Below, piece after piece: positions 1 through 10,131 of a DNA stretch of 64,000 nucleotides (the stretch's first letter is position 1; every line of letters starts with the position of its first letter). A program made the position numbers and the translations under genes. The notes under the pieces were generated by a model. It had not been told where the DNA came from. It was given only the letters and a program-made list of their open reading frames with translations, and did no database searches. This DNA is from Balanoglossus misakiensis (lineage: Eukaryota; Animalia; Hemichordata), in the NCBI GenBank assembly GCA_040954595.2, contig CM082593.2, forward strand, positions 7,476,043 through 7,540,042, in the 5' to 3' direction.

Positions 1-194
1 ATATTCAATTGTCTTTATTTTATTTTTAAATTAATTTAGTCGGACAAGGCTGTATGTTGCGTTCTCGCCAAAGCCTTCCCTACAAAGCATATGCGCGTGG
101 TTACTTTGAATAAGCCACGCGGGCTCAAGACGTGGCTTTTAGCACCCACAGTCACCAATAAACTGACGATAAAATAGTGTGTATGTGTACTTAC

Positions 195-218
195 CAGAAG
201 CACGCTGGCGAGGTCCAT
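195..218 (-). CDS. Probable first coding exon (MDLASVLL) of an eighth IL-17-like paralog; exon 2 lies outside the window
   Basis: Minus strand reads gaaaATGGACCTCGCCAGCGTGCTTCTG|gtaagt. The 24-nt length and phase-0 donor match exon 1 of six of the seven complete genes. An RFX-like GTAACCATGGCAAC (805-818) sits at a similar upstream distance to those of genes 1 and 2. Confidence 0.55.
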
Positions 219-1322
219 TTTCAAATCAGGTGGTCGATCCAGATTCGGAACACAAAAAATAATTTGACAGCTAGTGCAAAGTATTGCCCTGCAGTCGAAA
301 GACAGAGTGAGGCCCGGGCAAACATTCGGTGCGTGGATTTCAACCACAGAGGATACAATCTATACTCCTTCCACACAGATAAGATAAGACAGTTCAAAAT
401 CTTAAGATTTAGTTCAGAAGCATTGAAGTTTTATGCTAACTAGCCGTAACTTTACAAACAATTATTTTGTTATCTGTTTCAGGATAAGGAACATCTGATC
501 TGATTCGTATTGAAAGGTGAGATTATTTAAACTGTGTCCTTTTTACATTGTACTTGTACTAAAAATACAGTTCACCAGGGAGTACACCAAGAAGGAGTTG
601 ACTGAAATTTCTCATAAATTCTTTGAAAAATACTCAATACTCAATATAAACTTACAAACGTATATTGTCTTAAAATACTCTATGCAAGGTTATGATATCT
701 GTGGGCGGAGGGATACATATTGACATTTTGCGCCCAATTTTAAACTGGCCACTTCACCCATGCTGTCACCGCGTATGTATCAAAAGCAAAGCCGTTGTCG
801 CTTTGTAACCATGGCAACTCTCCCAACGCATAGTGTCCCAGGCTGTAATATAGTCGCAGTATCTGGGTATGGATGGAGAGGGGGGGGGGGGGGGTGTTCA
901 ATTCACAATATCCAAAGTCCATGTTATTAGGTAATGTGTTTTATTGTCACAAAAATAGACTAATCCGCTTGAGCTATCTGTAACAGTTACATTCCGTAAC
1001 CTTCTTTTTAGATAGTTCCTAAAATAGGCTTATTCATTAAGCTATCGTCTAACGGATTTATATGCAGTCAGCTGTATCTTTTTCACCCTGGATAACTCTA
1101 CTATCAGGTTAGGTCAGAACAATGGGTATAAGACGAAGCATTGTATAGATATAAGTATTGATATTTTATTGTACTGCGTCATCATTAAGCAAATCATATA
1201 TAAAAAGTATTCTCACGAAATTGGGTTTCAAACAAAGTAAGTTCACATATCTGTATGTAGAACAGCTTAGAAGAAACGTTTAAAAGACTGAGAAAGACGG
1301 ATATAGAGACAGACACATAGGT

Positions 1323-1496
1323 AGTTTATAAAACTTACACGTGTATCGTTACAAAAACGTAACTTACGTTGTATGACCCTGAACGCTACTGGCTTTTGCA
1401 ACACGATCGATCATGATGGATTCATCATATCAAAGTGCGAGAACTTTCAACGAAACATACAGGGTCATATAATAGAATCGAGCGCAATACTTGCGC
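1323..1496 (-). promoter_or_regulatory. Conserved structured 3'UTR module of IL-17 gene 1
   Basis: mRNA sense: GCGCAAGUAUUGCGC (1482-1496); stem 1460-1469/1372-1381; GUUAC-GUUUUU-GUAAC (1348-1363); AGUUU-UAU-AAACU (1323-1335). Confidence 0.8.
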
Positions 1497-1865
1497 GGAT
1501 ATTTTCAAAATAGTAACTTTTGACAAACTTTGTCTAGAAAATAAATATGAACGAACGCTACTTGAAAGGAAAACTTTCAAAAATAAATATAAATAAATAA
1601 ACATATTAGTATGGCTTAATTTACGGACGGAGTTCCATAATTATAAAGCGTAGTGCTACTGAAAGTTTTTTAAACTATTTAAAAGTTAAAAAAAATATGT
1701 TGTATGTTTTAAATATTCCTATATAAAGTTCACAGTTTATGCGAATGCAAAATTGCTTCTATTATTTAAAATAAATATGAAAATGTACTTTTTACTCGGT
1801 TTCCGACTGAATTTGCGGACAGTATTTTTTATCCTACGTATATTTCAAAACCTTAAATTGCAAAT

Positions 1866-2723
1866 TTAAACTCTTTCTCTCCCGCAAGTACAAGCCACTG
1901 CCAGCTTCACTGTGGTCGGTTCGTAGACATAAAACCCGTCAGAGTCACAAGCGCTGGTTTTCACTAAGACTGTCAGGTCAGCCGTGGTTATCTTCTCACA
2001 CCGCCATATTGGATGGTGGTCGCTGTTTTCCAGGAGATCCGTGATGCAGTTCGGACAATCGTAGCACTCGGCTTCAACCAGGGTTTGTGGGTAGCGGTCG
2101 GTATCTGTGTTTTCAACGTGGTAGTAAGGGCAGGTCGATCTGATTTCCAAAGGGGCGTCTGAACCGTAGGAAACCGGGCAGGTGGTCGATGAGGGCGGGC
2201 TGTAGGACCCAGGAGTGGTGGCAAACGAAAGAACATTTGGCGTGTACTGGTTCAGCTGGTCTTGTAAAGCGTCCTCGCTCGGCTGTTGGCAGTTGATTGG
2301 GTTACCATGGATACCACTCATGCTCGAAATGCCCAAAACGATGGCAATCTGGAAAAGATGTGCATTTGTCAGACGTTAACAAATGTTCGTGAACTACATG
2401 TGACAAAGGAAAATAACGCATGGCCAAAAGTCACAATTCTTGTTAAACTCTGCGCCTCTTCTAGTTTCATACAAAGCTTGACTTATTTTACTTGGCTAGC
2501 AACCCGTTGCTACGGTTATATACGAAGTCTCGCGAGATCTCGTAACGACTGGAAAATCATCTCTTGTGTTTATATCAATGATAGTGACTTGTTATACATT
2601 CAGTATTGCGTTATCCATAGATTTGTCAACTGAGCGAATGTATGTGATATTTCCTATAAAGACAACCTGTTGCGTGTGCTGGTCTTATAATATACTTACA
2701 AAGAATCCGTAAGCGCAGTCCAT
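1866..2723 (-). CDS. IL17: IL-17-like cytokine, gene 1 (exon 1 2700-2723 MDCAYGFF; exon 2 1866-2348; 168 aa)
   Basis: RSTCPYY..D.DRYPQTLVEAEC..C..C and C-terminal VACTC match the IL-17 cystine-knot signature (RSxxPW..DxxRYP..AxC..VGCTC). Hydrophobic signal peptide. gtaagt donor and ttttccag acceptor, phase 0. Confidence 0.88.
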
Positions 2724-3079
2724 GATTTTTTTTTAAAAAGATTCAAAGTATCTTAGAACAGTCAGGGAGGTGTCTGGTGATCGAGTGGTCTGTCTGGAAA
2801 CTCACTGTTTGAATTTTTGACATCGATGCTTCCAATTAAATATACTTTTCAGACGGATAATGTTAGATGATGATGTCATCTTTGATTTGCAGGGAAAGCG
2901 TGTATTTATTTCTTGTTTTAATGCAATCGTGGCCATTAATGAGGTATCAAGTACAGTCTATATTTAGAAAATTAGTAAATCTCAGGAAAGTGGTGATTTG
3001 AATATTATCTGTATGAGACAGAAGACACGTCTTGTGTAATTCATTTCCTATCGGTTTATAAATGTACCCAGATACCAGG

Positions 3080-3089
3080 GGGAAATCCC
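3080..3089. promoter_or_regulatory. NF-kB consensus site upstream of gene 1
   Basis: GGGAAATCCC ~360 bp upstream of the ATG; the identical decamer lies at an equivalent position upstream of gene 2. Confidence 0.55.
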
Positions 3090-3295
3090 TGCCATGAGAT
3101 GGCTAGAAGTTGTTCCAAATTTACAAGCTTATCATGTATTTACTGTCTGATAAAATACACTTAATAGTTTGCTTAAGGCTTATGGTGGCCGGTAACAGAA
3201 TACACGTGTGTATTGTAAACACTTCAAAGGACGATATTTTCGACTGGACACTTCCCGCCTAGTCTGTTTTCCGGTTGCCGGTGATTCGACAAAAA

Positions 3296-3370
3296 GCATT
3301 CGTCGCCATGGCAACAGACGTGAGGGTGAATTTCCAATGGAGGATAGTTTACTGCGAGGGTCGTGATTGT
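3296..3370. promoter_or_regulatory. Conserved upstream module (RFX-like CCATGGCAAC, ACGTG, kB-like GGTGAATTTCC, GTCGTGA)
   Basis: Same motif order recurs at 6550-6665 and 11713-11840. Confidence 0.5.
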
Positions 3371-4659
3371 CTGAGGGGTTTAGGGCGCATGAATGGAGGC
3401 AATATTGTATTTTTGACAAAGTGCAGACACAAAGCCGAGAACACCGGGGATTGATAAGGTGGACAGTGACGTTTTGTCATTGACTGGTTTTGTCACGATC
3501 CGAGAAATCAGCGCCGATTGCAGTTGGTTCGACGGCACTGTAGGACTGAAACGTGACCGTGGCACTATTGTAAATCTTGAACCAATAATCCAGGAAGTAT
3601 TTGGAAGTATTTTTCAATAAGCGATACTTCAAGAAGAACAAAGATGTCGTACTCTATACATTCATACGTACGACTCGTTTTGTATTGGCCAAGGCTATAC
3701 ACGACGTTATACAGGGTGTCTATGCGTCCAGCAAGTGTTGTTGTGAATACACTCCCTTAGTAGCCGGTCAAACAGTGACTAGTGAATAGCTGTAACCTTC
3801 CTTTTAATAGAGGAATAACGAAGTTACTTTTGAGAGAGCTCAGTAACTGTTGTCAAATAAAACTCATGAGAAACTGCACATGAAATGTGTTCATAGTACA
3901 ATACCTGTACATCGTACATCTAACGTGTACACGTATACATGAATTTACTGCTGTGGAAGACAAAGGTATCATCTACATTTTACATCTACCTGCACTTTGT
4001 CACAGGAAAGTAAACTGCATGTCAGAGATTGCAACGCGATGTTGTTGTTTACTGGTCCAAAATATGTCATATCACATAAATTCTTGAGAAGCAAACTTGA
4101 TGTGAATTATGCCTCAATTTCAATGAATATTTGATATTTGTCAACTTGGACTTTCATGGTCGTTATTTTGCTTCGTGTTGATTTTGATATGTGTCAGCGA
4201 AACAGGAATTAGTTTGCTTTAATATCGCTCTCTCTCTCTCTCTCTCTTACCAGTCAACTTACGCTCACATCGACTTTTTTTGTAACAAGTTTATTGTATA
4301 ACAAAAATAAAAGCATTAACTTATAAAAAGTTTGGGTAGCTGTACCCTTACAAACGTTATTATAGAAAATAGAAAAGTGCATTATGTATTCTTAATTTTC
4401 CAGCACCAAAGGCTGTGTATTTTACTGTCGTAAAATGTCGCAAAACATAAAAGTAGTTAAGTACCAATGGAAAACTTCATTACATGTGCTTAAAATATTG
4501 TATGGCCGGATATGAAAAGACTTTAATTATTTTGCAAGACTTAAGTTACTTCGAAACTTTACACTTCTTAAAATAAACTGGAAAACATTTTTTAAATATG
4601 TGTGTACATAGTATTTTGATTAAAATAGTATATCCACGTGCAAACAGCGAAGGCTTAAC

Positions 4660-4840
4660 AAGTTTATAAAACTTACACAGCGTTACTAAAACGTAACTGA
4701 CGATACATGACCATAAAGTTTTTTTAACGCGGTACACGTCAACCTGATTGAAACTTTGAGATATAACACCATTGTCCCACCAAGCTGAACGAAAATTGAA
4801 ACGCGAATGGTCATAGTAATATAGAACGCAATACTTGCGT
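4660..4840 (-). promoter_or_regulatory. Conserved structured 3'UTR module of IL-17 gene 2
   Basis: ACGCAAGUAUUGCGU (4826-4840); AUGACCAU/AUGGUCAU stem (4807-4814/4707-4714); GUUAC-GUUUUA-GUAAC (4682-4697); AAGUUU-UAU-AAACUU (4660-4674). Confidence 0.8.
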
Positions 4841-5177
4841 GGGAATCAGAAAAAAATGTAAACTTACACTGAAATAAACTTCCATGTTCTTAAAGTATGG
4901 TATGGCCGGAATAATCGAAATCAAGGTTAAACCTTCAGAAAGTGATGAATATGTAGCATGTTGGGAAACACTTCCACTTAAAAATTCAAATGCAGCGAAT
5001 GTAAACTTTGTTTACGAATTAATATGTTTCTCTATAAGTTAGTTCGATGTGTGAATAGAAATGGTCACGGTTCTCGACATAAAGAATAAAAAAATATATA
5101 ACTGTACTTTGCGTCCAATTTCGGTTAAATAAACACACAATACATTTCTAGATCTTAAATGTTTGGCTTTGAGACAT

Positions 5178-6049
5178 TTAAACTCTTTCTCTTCCACAAG
5201 TACAAGCCACTGCCAGTTTCACTGTGGTCGGTTCGTAGACATAAAACCCGTCAGAGTCACAAGCGCTGGTTTTCACTAAGACTGTCAGGTCAGCCGTGGT
5301 TATCTTCTCACACCGCCATATTGGATGGTGGTCGCTGTTTTCCAGGAGATCCGTGATGCAGTTTTGACAATCGTAGCACTCGGCTTCAACCAGGGTTTGT
5401 GGGTAGCGGTCGGTGTCTGTGTTTTCAACGTGGTAGTAAGGGCAGGTCGATCTGATTTCCAAGGGGGCGCCTGAACCATACGAAATTGGGCAGGTGGTCA
5501 ATGAGGGCGGGCTGTAGGACCCAGGAGTGGTGGCATACGAAAGAACATTTGGCGTGTACTGGTTCAGCTGGTCTTGTAAAGCGTCCTCGCTCGGCTGTTG
5601 ACAGTTGATTGGGTTACCATGGATACCACTGATACACCAGATGCACAAGACGGTAACAGCCTGGAAAAGTAGCATAAATGGGGGGTTAAAAGAGAACAAT
5701 TTGTTTGAACTCAGACAGCTACCGTAATTAACAACAACTAACAACCTAAGACCAGTAGACCTATCTTTCTCACGTTCGTCTCCTTCGGTGTGTATGTGAA
5801 CTGTGGGCGTCTGCAAATGACATCATTTTGATCATTGATATCAAGCGCTTTACGAAGTACTGTATTAGCAGTCTGTGGTATATACTATTATGATTGTGAT
5901 AGGTAAATGACTTCCACCACTTTTAATTGGCAAATTTATGTTATAATTGCCAATCAGTGAAATGCCCCAGAGGTCGGTGTGTATTTGCCGTGCTTTTGGC
6001 TGTTCCCGGGTAAAGTTATACTTACCAAAAGTCCGTAAGCAAAATCCAT
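5178..6049 (-). CDS. IL17: IL-17-like cytokine, gene 2 (exon 1 6026-6049 MDFAYGLL; exon 2 5178-5660; 168 aa)
   Basis: Near-identical mature region to gene 1. Exon 1 is homologous to gene 1 exon 1. Canonical GT-AG, phase 0. Confidence 0.88.
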
Positions 6050-6398
6050 TTTCAGATAAATCTGTGGCGTTTATGGAGAGGCGTTTGTGGATAGAATAGA
6101 GTTGAGGATTTTTGGCGTTTGAATTGAACATGGTTGCGCGGAATTAAATATACTTTGCGGGCTGATAAGATTGGCTTATGATTTCATCCTTAATTTACCA
6201 GGAAAACTCGGGTTTACTTCTTTTTTTTTAAATTCCATCATAAACGTTAGTCGTTCATGTTGTATTACACCTATATTTAGAGCGTTAGTGAATTCAAGAG
6301 GGGGGGGGGTATAATTTGGATATTTTCTACCAATGATAGGGGACGCATTTTGTGTTACGTAATGTTTGTCAAAGAACAAATCGCAGTCATACTTTACT

Positions 6399-6408
6399 GG
6401 GAAATCCC
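6399..6408. promoter_or_regulatory. NF-kB consensus site upstream of gene 2
   Basis: GGGAAATCCC ~350 bp upstream of the ATG. Confidence 0.55.
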
Positions 6409-6549
6409 TAGAAGTAATCTCAAACAAGTTAGCATCTCATACGCTGCTTGTCTGTGTGATCAACGATTGCTGTCCATTGTACACACTTCCAAAAAGGTAT
6501 TTTCAGCTGGGCGCTTCCGCATGTTTTGATTCCCTGTATCCGTCAACAA

Positions 6550-6665
6550 AGCTTCGCCGCCATGGCAACACACGTGGGGGTTGGTTTTCCAGTGAACTTC
6601 GACGGAAGGAGTGTTGGATATTTCGCAAGTCGTGACTTTCGGGGGCGTCTGACGACAATAGAAGG
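6550..6665. promoter_or_regulatory. Conserved upstream module of gene 2
   Basis: CGCCATGGCAAC-ACGTG...TTTTCC...GACGGAAG...GTCGTGACTTTC...ACAATAGAA, homologous to 3296-3370 and 11713-11840. Confidence 0.5.
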
Positions 6666-7119
6666 GAAACAATAGCGGCGGCTTGAATTGTCAAACAGTG
6701 GTCCGCAACCAGGTGTAACGGTTACTATTCAATTCGAGTTTCTTGGTACATGAATGCGGTTTCTCGGTACGTATACTGAGTAGTTGTGACTGAAAATACC
6801 TAAAGGAACCTGATACAATTTCTTGATTGACCAAATTGTTGAACAGGGCCACCACTGGGAAGGTAATTATAGATGGTTCAATGTTTATGATATCAGCTTA
6901 ATAAACAACCCGAATTGGAAGTTTAACGCGGATATGTTGTGTAGAATTAGCCAGCGCGTCGGAATGTAATTGTGTTTGTAAGTTCGTCATAACGGCAACC
7001 GTTACCACTTGAATCAATGCAGTTAACCTTGTATTTCTTTTGTAAATTGACAGTTACTTCCCGTTTTCCCTCCAGGTTATACGATTAGACACACTATTAA
7101 CTGAGAAAACGTATACCAG

Positions 7120-7241
7120 TTACGTACGTACGTACATACATGTACATACATACATACATACATGCATACATACATACATACATACATACATACATACATA
7201 CATACATACACACACATACATACCTACATACCTACATACCT

Positions 7242-7329
<88 letters not shown>

Positions 7330-7345
7330 ACAGACAGACATACAG
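7120..7345. repeat. Compound microsatellite (TACG)n(TACA)n(CA)n(CAGA)n
   Basis: Directly visible. Confidence 0.95.
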
Positions 7346-9042
7346 CACACATAAACGATTCGGCAAACCATTTTAAATTTCTTATAACAAACAACAAACT
7401 CGCAAATACATTTTACAGTGTACCACTTCCCCCTTCCAATCGATAAGCTCGAACCTATCATGAAAAGAAATGGGTCTAATATTAACAGCCTGCATTAACG
7501 CGCTGTTCTCAAATCTTGTACGGTTGAAGCCTGCTTTGGCTTCTGGCTTTGATATGTAAAATACATGTGTGTTTTTTTGCGGTGCAGTCGATGTGCAAAA
7601 TACTAAATGAGTAAAGTAGTGACTAAGACAACCGCCCATTTGACCACGAGTCCTGTCAGAACAAAAGATTTCGACTATAGGTCCATGAATGTCAATGCCA
7701 TGGACCACAAATGTACTACATCGAGAGTTGGCCGTCAAATACACGAAGTCTGTTGTATGTACGTATGTGCGATAGGTGGGTATTCTGGGCTTATTTAGCT
7801 CTTAGGTGAGCATTTAGATCGGTGTAGTGAACAGTGAGTATAGCGTTGATCTAATATAAAACATCCGCTTCCTTTAAATAGAGAAGTACCTGAGTCTATC
7901 CGTATCGAGCGTTCCTGCAATAAAATGCTGAGCGGCAAATTTTACTGCAAATACCAAATAGTTGAAATTTTCACGCACTGTTTTTATGATACCACGGTGA
8001 CATTTTTACTGTACTACATGCGGAAGGTGTGTAGATAAAATTAATTGGCGTTTAGCAAGTTAACTTCCACAGAAAGTACATGTGATTGACATAGGTTGCC
8101 CATTGGATAATATCCCTTGCCGTTTTGAGATTTGCAGATTTTGGTGTTGTTAGTCCTTCCATGGATGAAACCAAGTCACATCCATCGCGGTCTCTGAATA
8201 CGTATTAGAAGTTTACAAGATCAAACTACACATACGCCAAACAAGAAATGAACAAGGCAAACACAAACAAACAAGATGCATGGTCAAATCTATTAAAGAC
8301 AGGGCGAGTAAGGTGAAGTTTCAAGGGTGTAAGCATTTAGTCTTGTCCCGCATGTGTGGGACCCGACATATTTCGAACTCAGACTATCCTTAACAGTTTT
8401 TGTGGCTATATATAAACTATTCAATCAGCATGCGTACGTAACATTTATATGCTGACCTCCGGTGTCATTTTAACACATACGTCTTCCGCTTTTCGATCTA
8501 GTGGTATGCATTTTTAGGCCATATTGAATCACGCGAAATCTTAATCACGCCATATTGAATCACGCGAAATCACGCCAAATTACGCGAGACTTCGAAATAA
8601 CGTTACGCGTTCTTTTTGAGCCTAAACGTTTAACCACAACAAGACTACCAACTCATATCGTCTCTTTTTGTAAAATAAACATTTTATTATGGTAATATCA
8701 CTACAAAAAATAAATGTTGTACTTCGGGTATCATAGCATACCGTGAAAACATTACAATATAAAATCAATAAGTTGCAAGTGGATACATGACTGGTGTGAA
8801 ACAGAATAATTAATATAAGGTTCCTTTAGACTCTGGAATACTTTGTTATCCCTTGAGTTTTTATTTTGCCATCTCAGCATAACCCTACTGCTAAAAATCT
8901 CAATTTGCCATAAATAAGGCGCTGAAAATAAAGATTCAATAAAATTAAAATAACTAATTAAAGTCTGAATTCAGTGGAAATCTAGTAAAAGGAATAAGTA
9001 TGTAGTTTGTTTTAAGAAGAGTTCAAACAGCGTAAGACGTAA

Positions 9043-9217
9043 TAAGTTTATAAAACTTACATCGACGTTACTTAAACGTAACTGACTTAATATGATCCCA
9101 AATCTAGCAGTTTGTTTGGAACACGGTGGAATTTACGTGTCTTTCCACGAAGCAATTGTACTTTCAAACGAAGCAGATTGGATCATATACAGTAAATTTG
9201 AACGCAATACTTGCGTT
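9043..9217 (-). promoter_or_regulatory. Conserved structured 3'UTR module of IL-17 gene 3
   Basis: AACGCAAGUAUUGCGUU (9201-9217); AUAUGAUCC/GGAUCAUAU (9180-9188/9090-9098); GUUAC-GUUUAA-GUAAC (9067-9082); UAAGUUU-UAU-AAACUUA (9043-9059). Confidence 0.8.
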
Positions 9218-9408
9218 GGTATTGTCAAAGTATTAAAAAATACATACAAAATGAATAAATAAAACAATAAATATTTAAGTTAGGGTATAAGATAGAAATA
9301 AACAGGTAAATAGTTTGCAATACTTCTCATCAGTCTCGTAAATTGATAATGTGGTCGTGGCTAAACTTGTGAACGATGACATTTTGGTTTTCTTGTATTA
9401 GAAAGGCT

Positions 9409-10131
9409 TTAAACTCTTTCTCTCCCGCAAGTACACGCCACTGCCAGTTTCACTGTGGTCGGTTCGTAGACATAAAACCCGTCAGAGTCACAAGCGCTGG
9501 TTTTCACTAAGACTGTCAGGTCAGCCGTGGTTATCTTCTCACACCGCCATATTGGATGGTGGTCGCTGCTTTCCAGGAGATCCGTGATGCAGTTCTGACA
9601 ATCGTAGCACTCGGCTTCAACCAGGGTTTGTGGGTAGCGGTCAGTGTCTTTGTTTTCAACGTGGTAGTAAGGGCAGGTCGATCTGATTTCCAAAGGGGCG
9701 CCTGAACCGTAGGAAACCGGGCAGGTGGTCGATGAGGGCGGGCTGTAGGACCCAGGAGTGGTGGCATACGAAAGAACATTTGGCGTGTACTGGTTCAGCT
9801 GGTCTTGTAAAGCGTCCTCGCTCGGCTGTTGGCAGTTGACTGGGTTACCATGGATACTGCCGATAACAGAAATGAGGACGATAGCTGCAACCTGTAGAGA
9901 GACAAATTTCATGAGTAAATCGAGATAGTATACAAAAACTCAATGGGTATCATTTGTGACATTTCGCAAACTAGTTTTTAGTGCAACGCAAGGCGATCTG
10001 GATTGTCAGATACTAGCGACAATGTTAAGTAACCTGTTTGAAAGAAACGCATTGTATGATATACAATTTCGCAATCTGTTATAAGTTATGTCGAAAATCT
10101 AACTTACTGAAATTCTGTAAATAAAATTCAT
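9409..10131 (-). CDS. IL17: IL-17-like cytokine, gene 3 (exon 1 10108-10131 MNFIYRIS; exon 2 9409-9891; 168 aa)
   Basis: IL-17 signature. gtaagt donor and ctctacag acceptor. TATATATA at 10231-10238, ~100 bp upstream of the ATG. Confidence 0.88.

Noticed and set aside
1372-1469. SECIS element (AUGA-containing stem in the 3'UTR)
   Set aside because: AUGA is Watson-Crick paired with UCAU rather than forming a GA quartet, and the CDS has no in-frame UGA.
1988-2236. Recurrent 78-82 aa alternative-frame ORF overlapping IL-17 exon 2, and antisense ORFs such as 40337-40858
   Set aside because: Shadows of the near-identical CDS; the frame is interrupted by a stop in gene 2 and is not listed for gene 5.
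5661-5816. N-terminal extension making gene 2 a 212-aa single-exon ORF
   Set aside because: It reads through intron sequence from a non-ATG start; a canonical acceptor (5661) and a homologous exon 1 (6026-6049) explain the gene better.
7140-7461. His/Thr- and Val/Cys-repeat ORFs
   Set aside because: Microsatellite translations.
8519-8590. Short tandem duplication (CCATATTGAATCACGCGAAATC x2)
   Set aside because: Local slippage duplication with no further structure.
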